A DNA stretch of 64,000 nt from a virus. Its lineage: Duplodnaviria; Caudoviricetes. The notes under the pieces were generated by a model. It was not told the DNA's origin. It was given only the letters and a program-made list of their open reading frames with translations, and searched no databases. Numbering within the stretch: position 1 is the first letter of the stretch; every line of letters starts with the position of its first letter. The position numbers and the translations under genes are program-made. Where the stretch lies: positions 294 through 64,293 of IMG/VR virus record IMGVR_UViG_3300025030_000097; one strand, given 5' to 3'. Positions 1 through 10,476 of this stretch are shown here, piece after piece.

Positions 1-130
1 TACATAGCTTATGCACCTTTGCGTCTACTTTCTTATGACTTTAAAATAGTGTTTTAAAATTTACTTAACCAACAACCTTAAAATGAAGGACCAACACTAT
101 CGGAAAAACCGATACTACAAGGAGCCTACC

Positions 131-754
131 ATGAGCCAAAGCCTGTTAGTTAGAGACGAGAACCTTCAGAAATTGGATTACACACACTGCGGGACTAAAG
201 GCGGTAACGTAAGGAACTTCAAACTCTCAATGACCTGTCAGCGTTGTGGTTCGGAATCTGAAGAACTTATTTGCGATAAGTGTAAAAATGAGCAGCCGAA
301 GAGAGGCCAAGCTAGAACACAATCTGGCTGGGAGCAACTTCTAAAGCACGTTACGGTTTCGGGTTGTGACGTTTTGGTCAACGGAAAGGTAGAGCAGAAA
401 TGTGAGAATTCATTTCGTGCTGAGATAGTCAGGAAGGCGTTGAACAAAATATATATGAAACATAACCTAGAATGTCTCTCTCACATCAAATAGGAGGTTA
501 ACATGCACAGAGTATGCGAAGAAGCAGAAGTATTTTGCATGGATTGTAGCTATGGAGTTCCTCACCTCGATGCTGGGAAAGAGAACCATTTGTGCGGTTT
601 TAAGTTTAGAGAGGTAAAATTAGTTCCTGTGGTTTTTGAGGCGGTAATGAGTTCAAAGTATTCCGAGAGGTATGACCAGAATCGCGACAGGTTTTACGGT
701 GTTGAATATGACCCTTACACTAAGAAATCCTGTGACTGTAGAGACAGGGACTGA
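131..754 (+). CDS. Two small Cys-containing hypothetical proteins (131-493, 503-754)
   Basis: ORFs with AGGAG/GGAGG SD; CxxC motifs; start of the first moved to the ATG at 131 behind AAGGAG. Confidence 0.6.
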
Positions 755-764
755 AGGCTAAATT

Positions 765-776
765 GGTAATTACCTA
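765..776. repeat. GGTAATTACC(TA) palindrome, copy 1
   Basis: Intergenic, just upstream of the SD of ORF 797. Confidence 0.9.
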
Positions 777-796
777 AAAAGAAGGAGTTAAAGGGT

Positions 797-1153
797 ATGA
801 AAAAGCACATAAAAGTTAGTGCTAAATATAACAGAGATGGTGAAACTTTTACGTTGACTATTAAGGAAATGTCTCATCCTTCTGTATTTGATTTTGGAGG
901 CGGTCAGCCAGAAGGTACCTCGGAGTACAGAGGTAGGATGTTTGTTCACGGTAACACTTTACTGGCTTTTAATGGAGCTACTTGTTACAGTGAGGATAAA
1001 TTTGCCTTAGAAACTTGGAGAGCACCTAAAGAAGTAACCAAAGTGTTTGTGCTAACTTCCGAAGAATACAGCAACACGATGAAACTTCCTGTTAAATATT
1101 GGCCGGATCTGAGAGAAGCTATTAAGGCTTATAATGAATTTTACTCTGAGTGA
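797..1153 (+). CDS. Expanded paralogue family member (KHIK...SH...AYNE)
   Basis: MKKHIKVSAKY..TIKEMSH...AIKAYNEFY. Confidence 0.8.
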   Translation: MKKHIKVSAKYNRDGETFTLTIKEMSHPSVFDFGGGQPEGTSEYRGRMFVHGNTLLAFNGATCYSEDKFALETWRAPKEVTKVFVLTSEEYSNTMKLPVKYWPDLREAIKAYNEFYSE

Positions 1154-1172
1154 TTTTGAATAGGAGATTAAC

Positions 1173-2324
1173 ATGAAACAGAATACTAAAGACGAGGTAA
1201 AAGTCGTTAAGGTTATAAATTCTCGCGTTACTTTAAGGCATTGGTACGTGGCTAGAGAGATGGTCAAGAATTGGGACAGACTGCATTGGGAGAAGTGGTG
1301 TAGCAGTCCTTTGTGGAAAATACTTAACAGAAAATACAAAAAACTTATCTATAAGGAGAACTAAAATGGTAGTAGTACTCAAACCAACAAGTAAGCGACT
1401 AAAACAGGTTATAAGGGAATTTGGTTCTGAGTGGCTGTTCATAGCAAGAAAATCAATGCAGTGTTTTGGTGGCAGGGAAGGCATTCAGATAAAATCAATG
1501 TGCGGTAAGCATACACGCAACGTCGAACTTTCAGATATTGACCAAAAGGAGGACTAAAATGGACAGATTCGATGATGCTAAAGTTGGCGATAAGGTTTAC
1601 GACAGGGTGTATGGGTTTGGAGTGGTGCATCAATCTGTCGGAGACACCACTATAAAAATAGTCTTTGGTGATAGTGCTTTCTACGAAACATTTGTAGTAG
1701 ACGGTCGGCGTTATCGCACAGCAGCAGAGCCAACACTCTTCTATGTCGATAATGACAACAAATACTCCGAAAAGAGGCCCATTCCGAAAGTACCTTGGGA
1801 TAAAGTTCCGGTTAATACTAAGATTTTGGTTGGCACTGCTAAGAGATACCTCGCCAGTGATAAAAAATATTTTGGAGGAGGCACTACTTCTTGGTCAAGT
1901 TCAGAAGTCTGCTACCCGCTGCCAGATCATGCCGTATTAGCAGAAGAAATAACAATCGACGGCGTAGTTTACCCTATAGGTAGCAAATAAGGAGACTAAA
2001 ATGAATAGAGAGAAATCCACTGTACCTGTCGTCCTCAAAGAGGGGTACTCCATAGCTCATAAAGCTGAAGGTGTTATGGCGGACAAAAAAGTTGAGGTCC
2101 TTCTAAATTCTAAGCAGAACGAGATTGGGGAGGTGTATAATGACGATGATGGTAGGGGGTGGGGCTATTTTCATTACCTATTAGATAACGGAGGGGATTG
2201 GATTGATAGTAGGGAACTGGCATTCAAAATGCTTACTGACGACCACGATGAATATGTCCACAACCTCAAGTACAAGATCAAGAAAATAAAGACGCTGAAA
2301 AAAGAGTTAGAAGACTACAAGTAA
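1173..2324 (+). CDS. Four hypothetical proteins (1173-1364, 1366-1557, 1559-1990, 2001-2324)
   Basis: Tightly packed ORFs, each with an SD; 1559 has an SH3-like KVGDKVYD..YGFGVV start. Confidence 0.6.
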
Positions 2325-2362
2325 TGCTAGAGGTGCTGATAAACAAACTAAAGGAGACTAAA

Positions 2363-3727
2363 ATGTCCACAAAAGCACTTGAAATATGCCTAGAAGTTCA
2401 CAAACAAAATGGAACTGCCTACATAACCGGAGGGGCTGTTAGAGATTTGCTTTTAGGACGGCCTTGTAAGGATGTAGACCTTGAAGTGTTCGGAATTTCT
2501 CAGGAAACTCTGGAGACTATTTTGAACTCTGTCTGTTCTAAAGTAGATCTTGTAGGTAAATCTTACGGAATTTACAAGGCAGATGGTATTGACGTTGGAT
2601 TCCCTCGTAGAGATATGACTCACGGAAAAGGGGCTGATGTAGAAATAGACCCTTACATGTCAGTCGAAGAAGCTGCTTTGCGAAGAGATCTGACGATAAA
2701 CGCAATGTACTTCAACCCGATAACTATGGAGATAATTGATCCTTTTGGTGGGCAGAAGGATTTACGTTATGAAATAGTTAGGATGGTTTCTCCTCACACA
2801 TTTAACGAAGACCCTTTACGTCCGGTACGGGCTGCTAGGTTCTGCGCTGTTTTGGGGTATTTTCCAGAATCAAGTACGGTAATGGCTTGTCGAAAAGCTG
2901 ATAGAGATAAAATCCACAACTTGCCCAAAGAACGCATTTTCTGGGAACTCGAAAAAGTACTGATGGAAGCTGACGCTACTTCAATATTCTTTGAAGAACT
3001 TGATGAAATGGAGTTGACTGAAATTCTGTTTCCTGAGTTGCATTTGTCCAAGCAAATAGAACAAGGCAAGTGCTACCACCCGGAAGGCTCAGTTTACGCA
3101 CATTCACTCTTAGCCCTTAACATTCTGCCTATCAAAGAAAGATCCTTAGAAATTATGCTAGCAACTCTATTTCACGACCTCGGTAAAGCATCTGTAGAAA
3201 CCGAGGTAAACGGCGATAAAATTAGTTTTAAAGGTCACGCTGAAGACCTTACCCTAGCTACCTCAGCAATGGCTAGGCTGACTGATGAGAAAGAGTTGAC
3301 CGAAAGCGTGCTCAACCTAATCAAACACCACATGCACCCTTACCAGTTCAAGAACGGAGTAACTAAGAGGCAAATCAGGAGGTTAGCCTCTAAAGTTGAT
3401 GTTAGAAAGCTTATGAAAGTTCACAAAGCAGACCGCGAAGGCAGAGGATATTCAGAGGAGAATCATAGTCATGCCCAAAGAAACGCTGAAGTTGCTGATA
3501 AAATTATGGCCGTATTTGAAGAGATTGAGGGAGAAATCGCGCCTATTATGCAAGGCAGACACCTCATCGAAGCAGGGTGGATTCCAGGAAAGCATTTCGG
3601 CTACATTCTTGCGCAGCTTTACGAGTACCAGTTAGACGGCGAATTGGTTGATGTTGCTAGTGGTTTGAAATTGGCTCATACGTTGTTTGGCGGAGTGAAA
3701 AAATCTACAGTTGTTAAAGGAGCCTGA
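2363..3727 (+). CDS. cca: CCA-adding tRNA nucleotidyltransferase with HD domain
   Basis: GGAVRD, DVD, RRDLTINA and EDPLR class II NTase motifs; H...HDLGK...HH...D HD domain; AAGGAG SD before ATG 2363. Confidence 0.9.
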   Translation: MSTKALEICLEVHKQNGTAYITGGAVRDLLLGRPCKDVDLEVFGISQETLETILNSVCSKVDLVGKSYGIYKADGIDVGFPRRDMTHGKGADVEIDPYMSVEEAALRRDLTINAMYFNPITMEIIDPFGGQKDLRYEIVRMVSPHTFNEDPLRPVRAARFCAVLGYFPESSTVMACRKADRDKIHNLPKERIFWELEKVLMEADATSIFFEELDEMELTEILFPELHLSKQIEQGKCYHPEGSVYAHSLLALNILPIKERSLEIMLATLFHDLGKASVETEVNGDKISFKGHAEDLTLATSAMARLTDEKELTESVLNLIKHHMHPYQFKNGVTKRQIRRLASKVDVRKLMKVHKADREGRGYSEENHSHAQRNAEVADKIMAVFEEIEGEIAPIMQGRHLIEAGWIPGKHFGYILAQLYEYQLDGELVDVASGLKLAHTLFGGVKKSTVVKGA

Positions 3728-3890
3728 AAATGAAAACAATCAAAAGACTATTTAAGCTAATTGTGAGTTTACCCGTTGTTATTGTGTGTACTATAGTATC
3801 TGGGTTGCTTATGGTGCTGGGTTTCGATAAAACTGTAGACCGTTTTATTAAATACTGCGAATCAAAATCCAAAGGAGCCTGAAAATGAAA
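3716..3890 (+). repeat. 20-bp perfect direct repeat AAAGGAGCCTGAAAATGAAA (3716-3735, 3871-3890)
   Basis: Read directly from the sequence. Confidence 0.9.
3730..3882 (+). CDS. 50-aa putative membrane peptide (not in ORF track)
   Basis: MKTIKRLFKLIVSLPVVIVCTIVSGLLMVLGF...; SD; flanked by 20-bp direct repeats. Confidence 0.65.
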   Translation: MKTIKRLFKLIVSLPVVIVCTIVSGLLMVLGFDKTVDRFIKYCESKSKGA

Positions 3891-4805
3891 CTAGCCGTGT
3901 CCAATCCAAACTTCAGTATAATTGTCCCTTCCGCGTGTAATGCAAAATGCTCTTTCTGTTTCTGGGAGGTTAAGGAAAAAATGCCTTCTCGAACTGACTA
4001 CCTGAAAAAACTGAAAGATACCTTGGATCAATTACCTTCTGAATTCCAACAATGTAGCATTACCGGGGGCGAGCCAACTATGTGTGAGTATCTTTCGGAT
4101 ATTTTAACACTAGTTCGCAAAAGGTTTGGCAAGGTAGTTTTGTCCTCAAACGGATACGATATTAAGGCAGAGCATCTATCAAAAATAGACCATTTGAACG
4201 TGAGCCGCCACCACTACATTCAAGCCGATAATATTAAGGTATTTGGCACTAAATCTGTAGCCAATGACTTAGAGCTAACCTGCACATGTTCCGCAGCAGA
4301 AGCTTATGGGGTCGATGTTACCTTGAATTGTGTGTTGCCTGCAAAATTTGATGACGCGCAGTTTATCTACCAGTACCTGAAATTCTCCAAACTTATAGGT
4401 GCTCACGGAGTTTGCTTCAGAAAAGAACACTCTGATCTTTCTCCGCTGCCTGTTGAAACATTTTTCACGCAGAAAGCATTCAACCAGACTAGCTGCCCAG
4501 TTTGTTCGTCTCATTCCAAGTTCATAGATGGAGTAAAAACAACTTGGAGGTACAGTGTCAGAGAACCTTCAGTAGCCCTTAAAGGAGTCTACGAACTGGT
4601 AATGCAACAAGATGGTAGAGTTACTTCTGACTGGGCCGGTAATACTGAAATTGAGTTTGGCAAGAAAGTTACTGAGGTAACTAAAGTAGCCAAGGCAAGT
4701 AGTTATGTAGGCAGTGGTTGCGGTTCATCTGGTTGTGGGGGTCCTGTCTATAAGCAAAGTTACTCTGGTTGCGGTAGGTTTGGCTTTTCTAGCTGCGGGC
4801 GATAA
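3885..4805 (+). CDS. Radical SAM protein with Gly/Ser/Cys-rich C-terminal tail
   Basis: CNAKCSFC (CxxxCxxC), ITGGEP, SNG; tail GSGCGSSGCGG...SGCG...SSCGR. Confidence 0.85.
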   Translation: MKLAVSNPNFSIIVPSACNAKCSFCFWEVKEKMPSRTDYLKKLKDTLDQLPSEFQQCSITGGEPTMCEYLSDILTLVRKRFGKVVLSSNGYDIKAEHLSKIDHLNVSRHHYIQADNIKVFGTKSVANDLELTCTCSAAEAYGVDVTLNCVLPAKFDDAQFIYQYLKFSKLIGAHGVCFRKEHSDLSPLPVETFFTQKAFNQTSCPVCSSHSKFIDGVKTTWRYSVREPSVALKGVYELVMQQDGRVTSDWAGNTEIEFGKKVTEVTKVAKASSYVGSGCGSSGCGGPVYKQSYSGCGRFGFSSCGR

Positions 4806-4825
4806 ACTATAAAGGAGCCTAAAAA

Positions 4826-5260
4826 ATGATTATCTCAAAATCTGGATTGCCACACGCCGAGCAGTATTTAGTGGCTTTGAAAGAACTACGTCAGCAGTAT
4901 TTGGATTGGCGTCACGAGGTTTCCGATAGGTACCCATGCCCACTATGTAAAACCGCTAACCTGATTGGAATAAGGTGCGGGAAAAGAAGCTGTCCTTGGC
5001 GGGTACTTACCGACACACAAGTGTAGCCGGTAAGTATACTAAGCAGACTGGGCCAAAAAAGCATTATCCTAAGAAAATTCAAGTTCCTAAGAAAAATAGC
5101 CCTAAAATTTAACCGACCAATAGCCAAAAGAATCAAAGAACTGGACCTTTGGATAGCTGTTTACGAAAAGTACCTATACTACACAACCAAAAGACAATTA
5201 ACCCCAAGCGAAGCCGTAATACTTGTCAACTTAGAAATCAAAGATGGAGTCTTAAGATGA
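4826..5260 (+). pseudogene. Cys-rich protein interrupted by one in-frame TAG (5024-5026)
   Basis: The frame stays open for 77 more codons to TGA 5258-5260, which overlaps the next ATG. Confidence 0.55.
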
Positions 5261-5433
5261 GACTATCATTCGATCTTGGAATACTAAAGTTCAGTCTCAG
5301 TAATTCAGGACTCCGTGTAGGAACAAAGTTAGGAGATACTTACGTCTCTAAAAGAGTTGTGAGAGCCGGTACTGTGAGTAAAAAGAAAGAGAAATTGGTA
5401 ATTACCGAAAAAGCTACTAAGCGTGTGAAATAG
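5257..5433 (+). CDS. Small basic protein, DUF4236-like
   Basis: ATG 5257 with GGAG SD; FSLSNSGLRVG..G..YVS pattern. Confidence 0.45.
   Translation: MRLSFDLGILKFSLSNSGLRVGTKLGDTYVSKRVVRAGTVSKKKEKLVITEKATKRVK
5397..5406. repeat. GGTAATTACC palindrome, copy 2
   Basis: Near the 3' end of ORF 5257. Confidence 0.85.
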
Positions 5434-5472
5434 TTCAGACGCTAACTAAGACCCCAAAAGGAGAATCTTACA

Positions 5473-6779
5473 ATGGCTAAAAACAAAACGGAGAATGAAG
5501 TGGTAAAGTCCTCTTCCAATGCAAAAGGTATGACAGGCGAAATCGAGTGCATTTGTAATCGCTGCCAAGCAGTTATGAAAGTGCCTACAGGAAAATTCTA
5601 CACGAAAGCTGTTCCTGCGAGGGCTGCGGTTCCTGCTAGGGCTGAACTCAAAGACAAAAAGGGCAATGTTCTTCGTGAGGCTGTAGCTGCAAAGCCGTTC
5701 TTTCCGGGCCGTAGTCTGAGGCACTTCGATATCGCTTCCGGTGGTTGTGATGGAACCCTGAGTACGGTTAACCAGAAGAAACCTAAGCTGCATAAGAAGT
5801 CACGCGACAAGGCTATTAAGAACAAGCAGAAGTAAGGTATTTGTGTAGATTAACCAAAATAACTGACTAGAAGGAGGAAGTTATGGAGTGGTGGCATATT
5901 TATTTGTTCACTAGGTTGGATTCTGTCAACTCAGTGGTCAGCGATGGTCTTAAAATTCTCGGGCCTGTTTTAGCAGTTGCACTTTTGGTTCTCTTACTTT
6001 GTTACAGTGAGATAAAGAGCCTCAATGCTTTGCCTCGTTTTATGAAAATATTGAAGATAGCTATAGCTGCATTTTGTTTTTTATTATTAGGATCTATTGC
6101 TGTGCCTACCCAAAAAGAAGCCGCAGCAATTTACCTGCTACCTAAACTCGCTAAGAGTGACTTTGCAAAAGAAGCACAGCAGATTCCTACAGAAGTAGCT
6201 AAACTGATGAGGCTGAAGCTGGAATCTTGGGTGGCTGATATGGGGCCTAAGAAAGCTGAGGGTAAATAAATTTTGGTAATTACCTAAAACAACTAATCCA
6301 AACCCCAAACTAAAAGGAGAACTAACATGAAAAAGAATCTTATCGACCGTGTAAAGACCGCAGGTTCCGCCGTAGTGAGCAAGCAGGGCGAAATGGTTAA
6401 GACCGCAGCACTACTTGAAGTGTCCTCGGTAATGCTCGCTCAGGCTACCAAACTCATCAAGCCGAACCTTCCGATCTGGGCTAGGGGCTTCGCTGAAAGT
6501 GCATATTTTCAGGCAGGACTCGCAAACGCTCTTATGCTCGGTGTGGAATTTGCTCTGCCGGATGTTCCTGACACAGACATCCGCAAACAAGCCGCTGCTG
6601 CCGGTGCTGTGGGTGCCTATCAGGATATCATCGGGTCTTTCGATCTGAATGGTATGATAGATAGCCTTTTTAGCAGCCCTGAAGTATCGAAGGCTCTTTC
6701 CAAGTTCGGTGTTGCTAATGAACTTGGGGAGAAGCCTAAAGCAGCTAGCAGAGCAAAGGCAGTAAAAGCGGAGCAGTAA
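5473..6779 (+). CDS. Three hypothetical proteins (5473-5835 basic with CxxC; 5883-6269 two TM helices; 6327-6779)
   Basis: SD plus ORF; hydrophobic stretches in 5883. Confidence 0.65.
6271..6296. repeat. Palindrome copy 3 within 26-bp repeat TTTTGGTAATTACCTAAAACAACTAA
   Basis: Identical to 7834-7859. Confidence 0.9.
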
Positions 6780-6780
6780 A

Positions 6781-7830
6781 ATGTCTTTCGGAATATTTCT
6801 GAGGCAGAAGCTGGTGGAGGTTGTTAAGTCAGCCTCCACTGTAGTTTCAGAGTCGAAGGTTAATAAAGTAGTGAAGGAGGTTAAAGGAGAGTGGGTGCCT
6901 AAAGTCGGTGACTTAGTTGTGGCCAAAGGCGGGTATAAAATTAATACTTCAGAGGTTGATTGGGAAGGTATAGTGACAGACATTTCTAAGTCTAGCTCTG
7001 TGTACTTTTATGCACAAGGCATCGGCAGCAGTAGTAGAGGTGTTATGGTGAGTCCTAGCGGTGAAACCTGCTACATGCTACACACTTGCAACTTTGAACT
7101 TAAGAAGCCTGCACACGCTAAAGAGCAACCACCGCCTTGGGTAGAACCTACAAAGAAACAAGTAGAGCCTGAACCAAAAACTGACTACCACGTTTGCAAG
7201 CATGGAAGGACTTTTGGAGTCGATTTTGACGCCAGAGCGGATGTTTGTTACAGAAAATGCCACTACAAAAATCATGAAGCCTGTAAAGATGCCTACTGGA
7301 AACTTAAGAAGGAGGAAGAAAAAGAGCCTGAAAAGAAACATAAATGCTGTGCTGGAGGAACTTTTGGGGCTGATTTTGAAAACTATGGCATTTGTTACGA
7401 GAGGTGCAGCCCAGCTACTTATGCTGCTTGTGAGGAGGAGTTTGCAGGTTCGTGCGGAGGCAAAAATCTTAAAAAAGGAACTAAAAGCAAAGAAAACAAA
7501 CCCAAACAACAAAAAGGCAATAAGTTTATTAAATTGTCTGAGCCTGTTTACAACAGCAGCATAGGAGTAGTAACTTTCTTCGTCGAAGAACAGAGTCACA
7601 CCTGCGAGGATTTTGGGAATAGCTATGGCGGTAGGCGTTTTGTTGCTTCTGACGGTTATGAGCTGCGGAGTGCTAGACAGCCTGGAGTTTATGATAAGGA
7701 CCACTATGTATATTTGAGGGGAGGGAATAATACTTGGGATCTTTCTAAAATAACCGTTTCTGAAAGTGAGTACAAACGTATAGTAAATGCTGTTACGGAG
7801 TATAATGAATATTATTTAGTGAATAAGTAG
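6781..7830 (+). CDS. Multidomain protein: SH3-like + 2x C..G.TFG.DF..C..C..C repeats + C-terminal paralogue-family domain
   Basis: CKHGRTFGVDF / CCAGGTFGADF repeats; KFIKL...VEEQSH..DFG...AVTEYNEYY. Confidence 0.75.
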   Translation: MSFGIFLRQKLVEVVKSASTVVSESKVNKVVKEVKGEWVPKVGDLVVAKGGYKINTSEVDWEGIVTDISKSSSVYFYAQGIGSSSRGVMVSPSGETCYMLHTCNFELKKPAHAKEQPPPWVEPTKKQVEPEPKTDYHVCKHGRTFGVDFDARADVCYRKCHYKNHEACKDAYWKLKKEEEKEPEKKHKCCAGGTFGADFENYGICYERCSPATYAACEEEFAGSCGGKNLKKGTKSKENKPKQQKGNKFIKLSEPVYNSSIGVVTFFVEEQSHTCEDFGNSYGGRRFVASDGYELRSARQPGVYDKDHYVYLRGGNNTWDLSKITVSESEYKRIVNAVTEYNEYYLVNK

Positions 7831-7833
7831 GAT

Positions 7834-7859
7834 TTTTGGTAATTACCTAAAACAACTAA
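7834..7859. repeat. Palindrome copy 4 (26-bp repeat)
   Basis: Identical to 6271-6296. Confidence 0.9.
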
Positions 7860-7876
7860 ACTAAAGGAGAATTAAA

Positions 7877-9178
7877 ATGAAACACATCAAATTCACTGCT
7901 ACACCCGTTGGGCCTAAATTTGATCAGGTAGAGGTTCAGATTGTGGAGCAGAGTCATATTCGAAATGAGTTTGGTATAAGTGGCTCTGATAGGTTTAAGG
8001 CTAACAATGGAATGGAACTTCGTAGTATAGCCTGTCCTAAAATCTATAGCGATTATATTTGCGTCAGGGGCGATTGCACCTACCGTGATAACGACAAACT
8101 CATCTTCACAACCTCTGAATACAACAAATTCAGGGAAGCTGTAGAGGAATACAACTCTTATTTTAAACAGAAACCCAAAAGCAAAAAGCCACAACGTCTT
8201 AGGGTTCATGCGGAAGCAATTGGTCCGGATTTCAAAAACGTGTCTGTGGAGGTGGTTGAACAGAGTCATTTTGAGGGTCAGTTTGGTGAATGTCGGACTA
8301 ATGGCGTGGGAGAGTTTATCTACGGAAAGGTTAGGTTGTGTTCTACACTAGGTGGAAGCGGGGTAAATATGGATAGCTTTATCCCTAGTAGATACAAAGA
8401 CAAAGACCTCATCGGAACATTCTACGTAGCTAACAAAAAAACCAAAGAGGACAAGGATAGTCTTAAAACTGTGGTTACTGTAGAAGTTTGGCAGGAGATT
8501 TTGAAGACTGTTGAGGCTTTTAATAAGGAGTTCTGGACTGGAGAAGTAGAGGAAGAGGTTGCTGAGAAAGAGGTAAAGAAGCCTGATGTACCTAAGAAGC
8601 GGTGGTTTATTAGGACTGTTGATTTCGTACATAGTAATTACGCCACTAAAAAAGGAACTGTCGCAGAATTTATTTCATTAGGACACGGATGGGTGAACGT
8701 CAGACTGTCTAACGGAAAGTCAGAATCTTGGACCGAGAAGAACTGCAAAGAGATTTCTGAGGCTGAACTTGCTGAGCGGTTTGTTGAGGAGAAGCCTGAA
8801 GTTCAGAAAGATAGGTATTTTGTTCGTACGAAGAGTGTCACCTCACTTCAGAATTTCGCAGTGGGACTTGTAGGCAAGGTCGTAAAAGAATCCAACAGCG
8901 GAAGATCTGTTACGGTAGTTCTTCCTAACGGACAGACGAGTAATTGGCTTAAAACAAACTGCGTAGAAATCACTGAGATCCCTGTGGTAGAGAAGAAGAG
9001 GTGGTTTGTTAGGACTACACCTAATCACTATGCTTCTGCTAGTACTATCGCCTCCGTAGGGACTGTTGGGGAATTTGTCCTAAATGGTGGTAGCGGGGTA
9101 CACGTAAAGGTACCTAGCGGTAAAACTGAATTTTGGGATGCCGAGAACTGCGTGGAGATTCAGGATCTTCCGCTTTGA
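7877..9178 (+). CDS. Two tandem paralogue-family domains + three ~60-aa repeats (KR[WY]F[IV]RT...G.V...V...G....W...NC.EI)
   Basis: Two EQSH..FG...YN/FN units and three internal repeats in the translation. Confidence 0.8.
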   Translation: MKHIKFTATPVGPKFDQVEVQIVEQSHIRNEFGISGSDRFKANNGMELRSIACPKIYSDYICVRGDCTYRDNDKLIFTTSEYNKFREAVEEYNSYFKQKPKSKKPQRLRVHAEAIGPDFKNVSVEVVEQSHFEGQFGECRTNGVGEFIYGKVRLCSTLGGSGVNMDSFIPSRYKDKDLIGTFYVANKKTKEDKDSLKTVVTVEVWQEILKTVEAFNKEFWTGEVEEEVAEKEVKKPDVPKKRWFIRTVDFVHSNYATKKGTVAEFISLGHGWVNVRLSNGKSESWTEKNCKEISEAELAERFVEEKPEVQKDRYFVRTKSVTSLQNFAVGLVGKVVKESNSGRSVTVVLPNGQTSNWLKTNCVEITEIPVVEKKRWFVRTTPNHYASASTIASVGTVGEFVLNGGSGVHVKVPSGKTEFWDAENCVEIQDLPL

Positions 9179-9244
9179 TTCTGAGTAGCTAGTTGAAAGT
9201 GTAGTTGAGGTTGGGTAGTTGAAAGTGTAGCTGAAAGGATAAGG

Positions 9245-9288
9245 GAAGGGACTTAAATAATTATTTAGGTAGTTATTTAAGTCCCTTC
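9245..9288. terminator. 16-bp perfect inverted repeat between convergent genes
   Basis: GAAGGGACTTAAATAA-N12-TTATTTAAGTCCCTTC. Confidence 0.6.
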
Positions 9289-9413
9289 AACTATTAACTA
9301 GTGGCTTTTTCTATTGGCTTTATCTTAATAATCTTTTTAGATTGCTGGAATAAAGGCTGTAGGAATTGGTATTAGATTTTAGGGTTGTTAGTTATAATAT
9401 TGTTAATTGTTTG

Positions 9414-10421
9414 TTAGGCAGCTTGTTGAACTGCCTGAGTAGAGTCATATGATATTGTGTCCTGATTGATACCGAATAATTCCCTATCTAGGATTTCTGG
9501 TATACTATTTATCCGAGTATACGGAATTACTATTAATTTGATGTTATTTTTGAGTGCATAGTCGGCTTTTAACTGGTCAGATGCTTGTGTATACTCCAAT
9601 TTCTTCTGCATAGCTTCAGGTGATTGATCTGAACCAAAACTACGAGGCAAGTAGTGTTGGGACCCGTTATATTCAATAATGACATTCATTTTCGGAATAT
9701 AGAAATCACACTTTAATTTACGGCCAGTCTTTAGGTTGATACAATCTTTAAACTTTTTCTCTCTCTTATATTCTATATTTTTTGAATTCAAGTAGCCAGC
9801 GACCTTTTCCTCCCCACGAGAAGATTTACAGAATGGGCACCCAGCTCTAGATAGAATGTGGTGGTCAAAACTCTGCATAAATACTCCATGAGAGGGGCAA
9901 ACTATAGGTACTTTGTTCCTTGCTTTTTTATAAGTCTCTTTGTTGATTAAAGAGTAATCAAATTTAAACTCATGCACTATGTTAGAGGCCGCTATACGGT
10001 CTTCAAGTGAGGTAGTGGCTTTTGCTCGCTTGCATTCAGGACAACCACATGCTTCATTGACATGACCCATAGGTGTTTGGCTAAACTCACCGTGAATTGG
10101 ACAGACTATAATTACTTTGGTCTTGGTGTTTTTATATATAACCTTTGAGTAATCATAGGTGCCCTTATGAATTTTAGTCGCCCTTGCTACGAACGTCTCT
10201 AGTGAAGTATTTTTCGATAGATTCTCTCTAGCACAGGTAGGACAACCGCTACCTTTTAGGTGCCTCACAGCCCTAGGACTAAATTCTAAATTATGGATAG
10301 GACAAATAATTATTGATTTAATTGCAGGCCCATGATATTCGAATTTAGAATAATCGTACTTAAAACCATGCACCTCGTTACATTTAGCAATGAATTCTTC
10401 TTGTGTTAATTTTTTAGACAT
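9414..10421 (-). mobile_element. Homing-endonuclease-like protein (3x DUF723-like Zn repeats + Vsr/PD-(D/E)xK-like domain)
   Basis: YDYS...ICP.HG.F...H...GCP.C x3; CDFYIP..NVIIEYNGSQHY; opposite strand to its neighbours. Confidence 0.75.
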
Positions 10422-10476
10422 TAGCAGCCCCCATTAGACGGTATCGCGCCCAACTTATTGTAATTACGTTCACTAT

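Noticed and set aside
4826-5260. Genome-wide TAG recoding (code 15)
   Set aside because: Long genes are intact under code 11 and many end in TAG directly before the next SD
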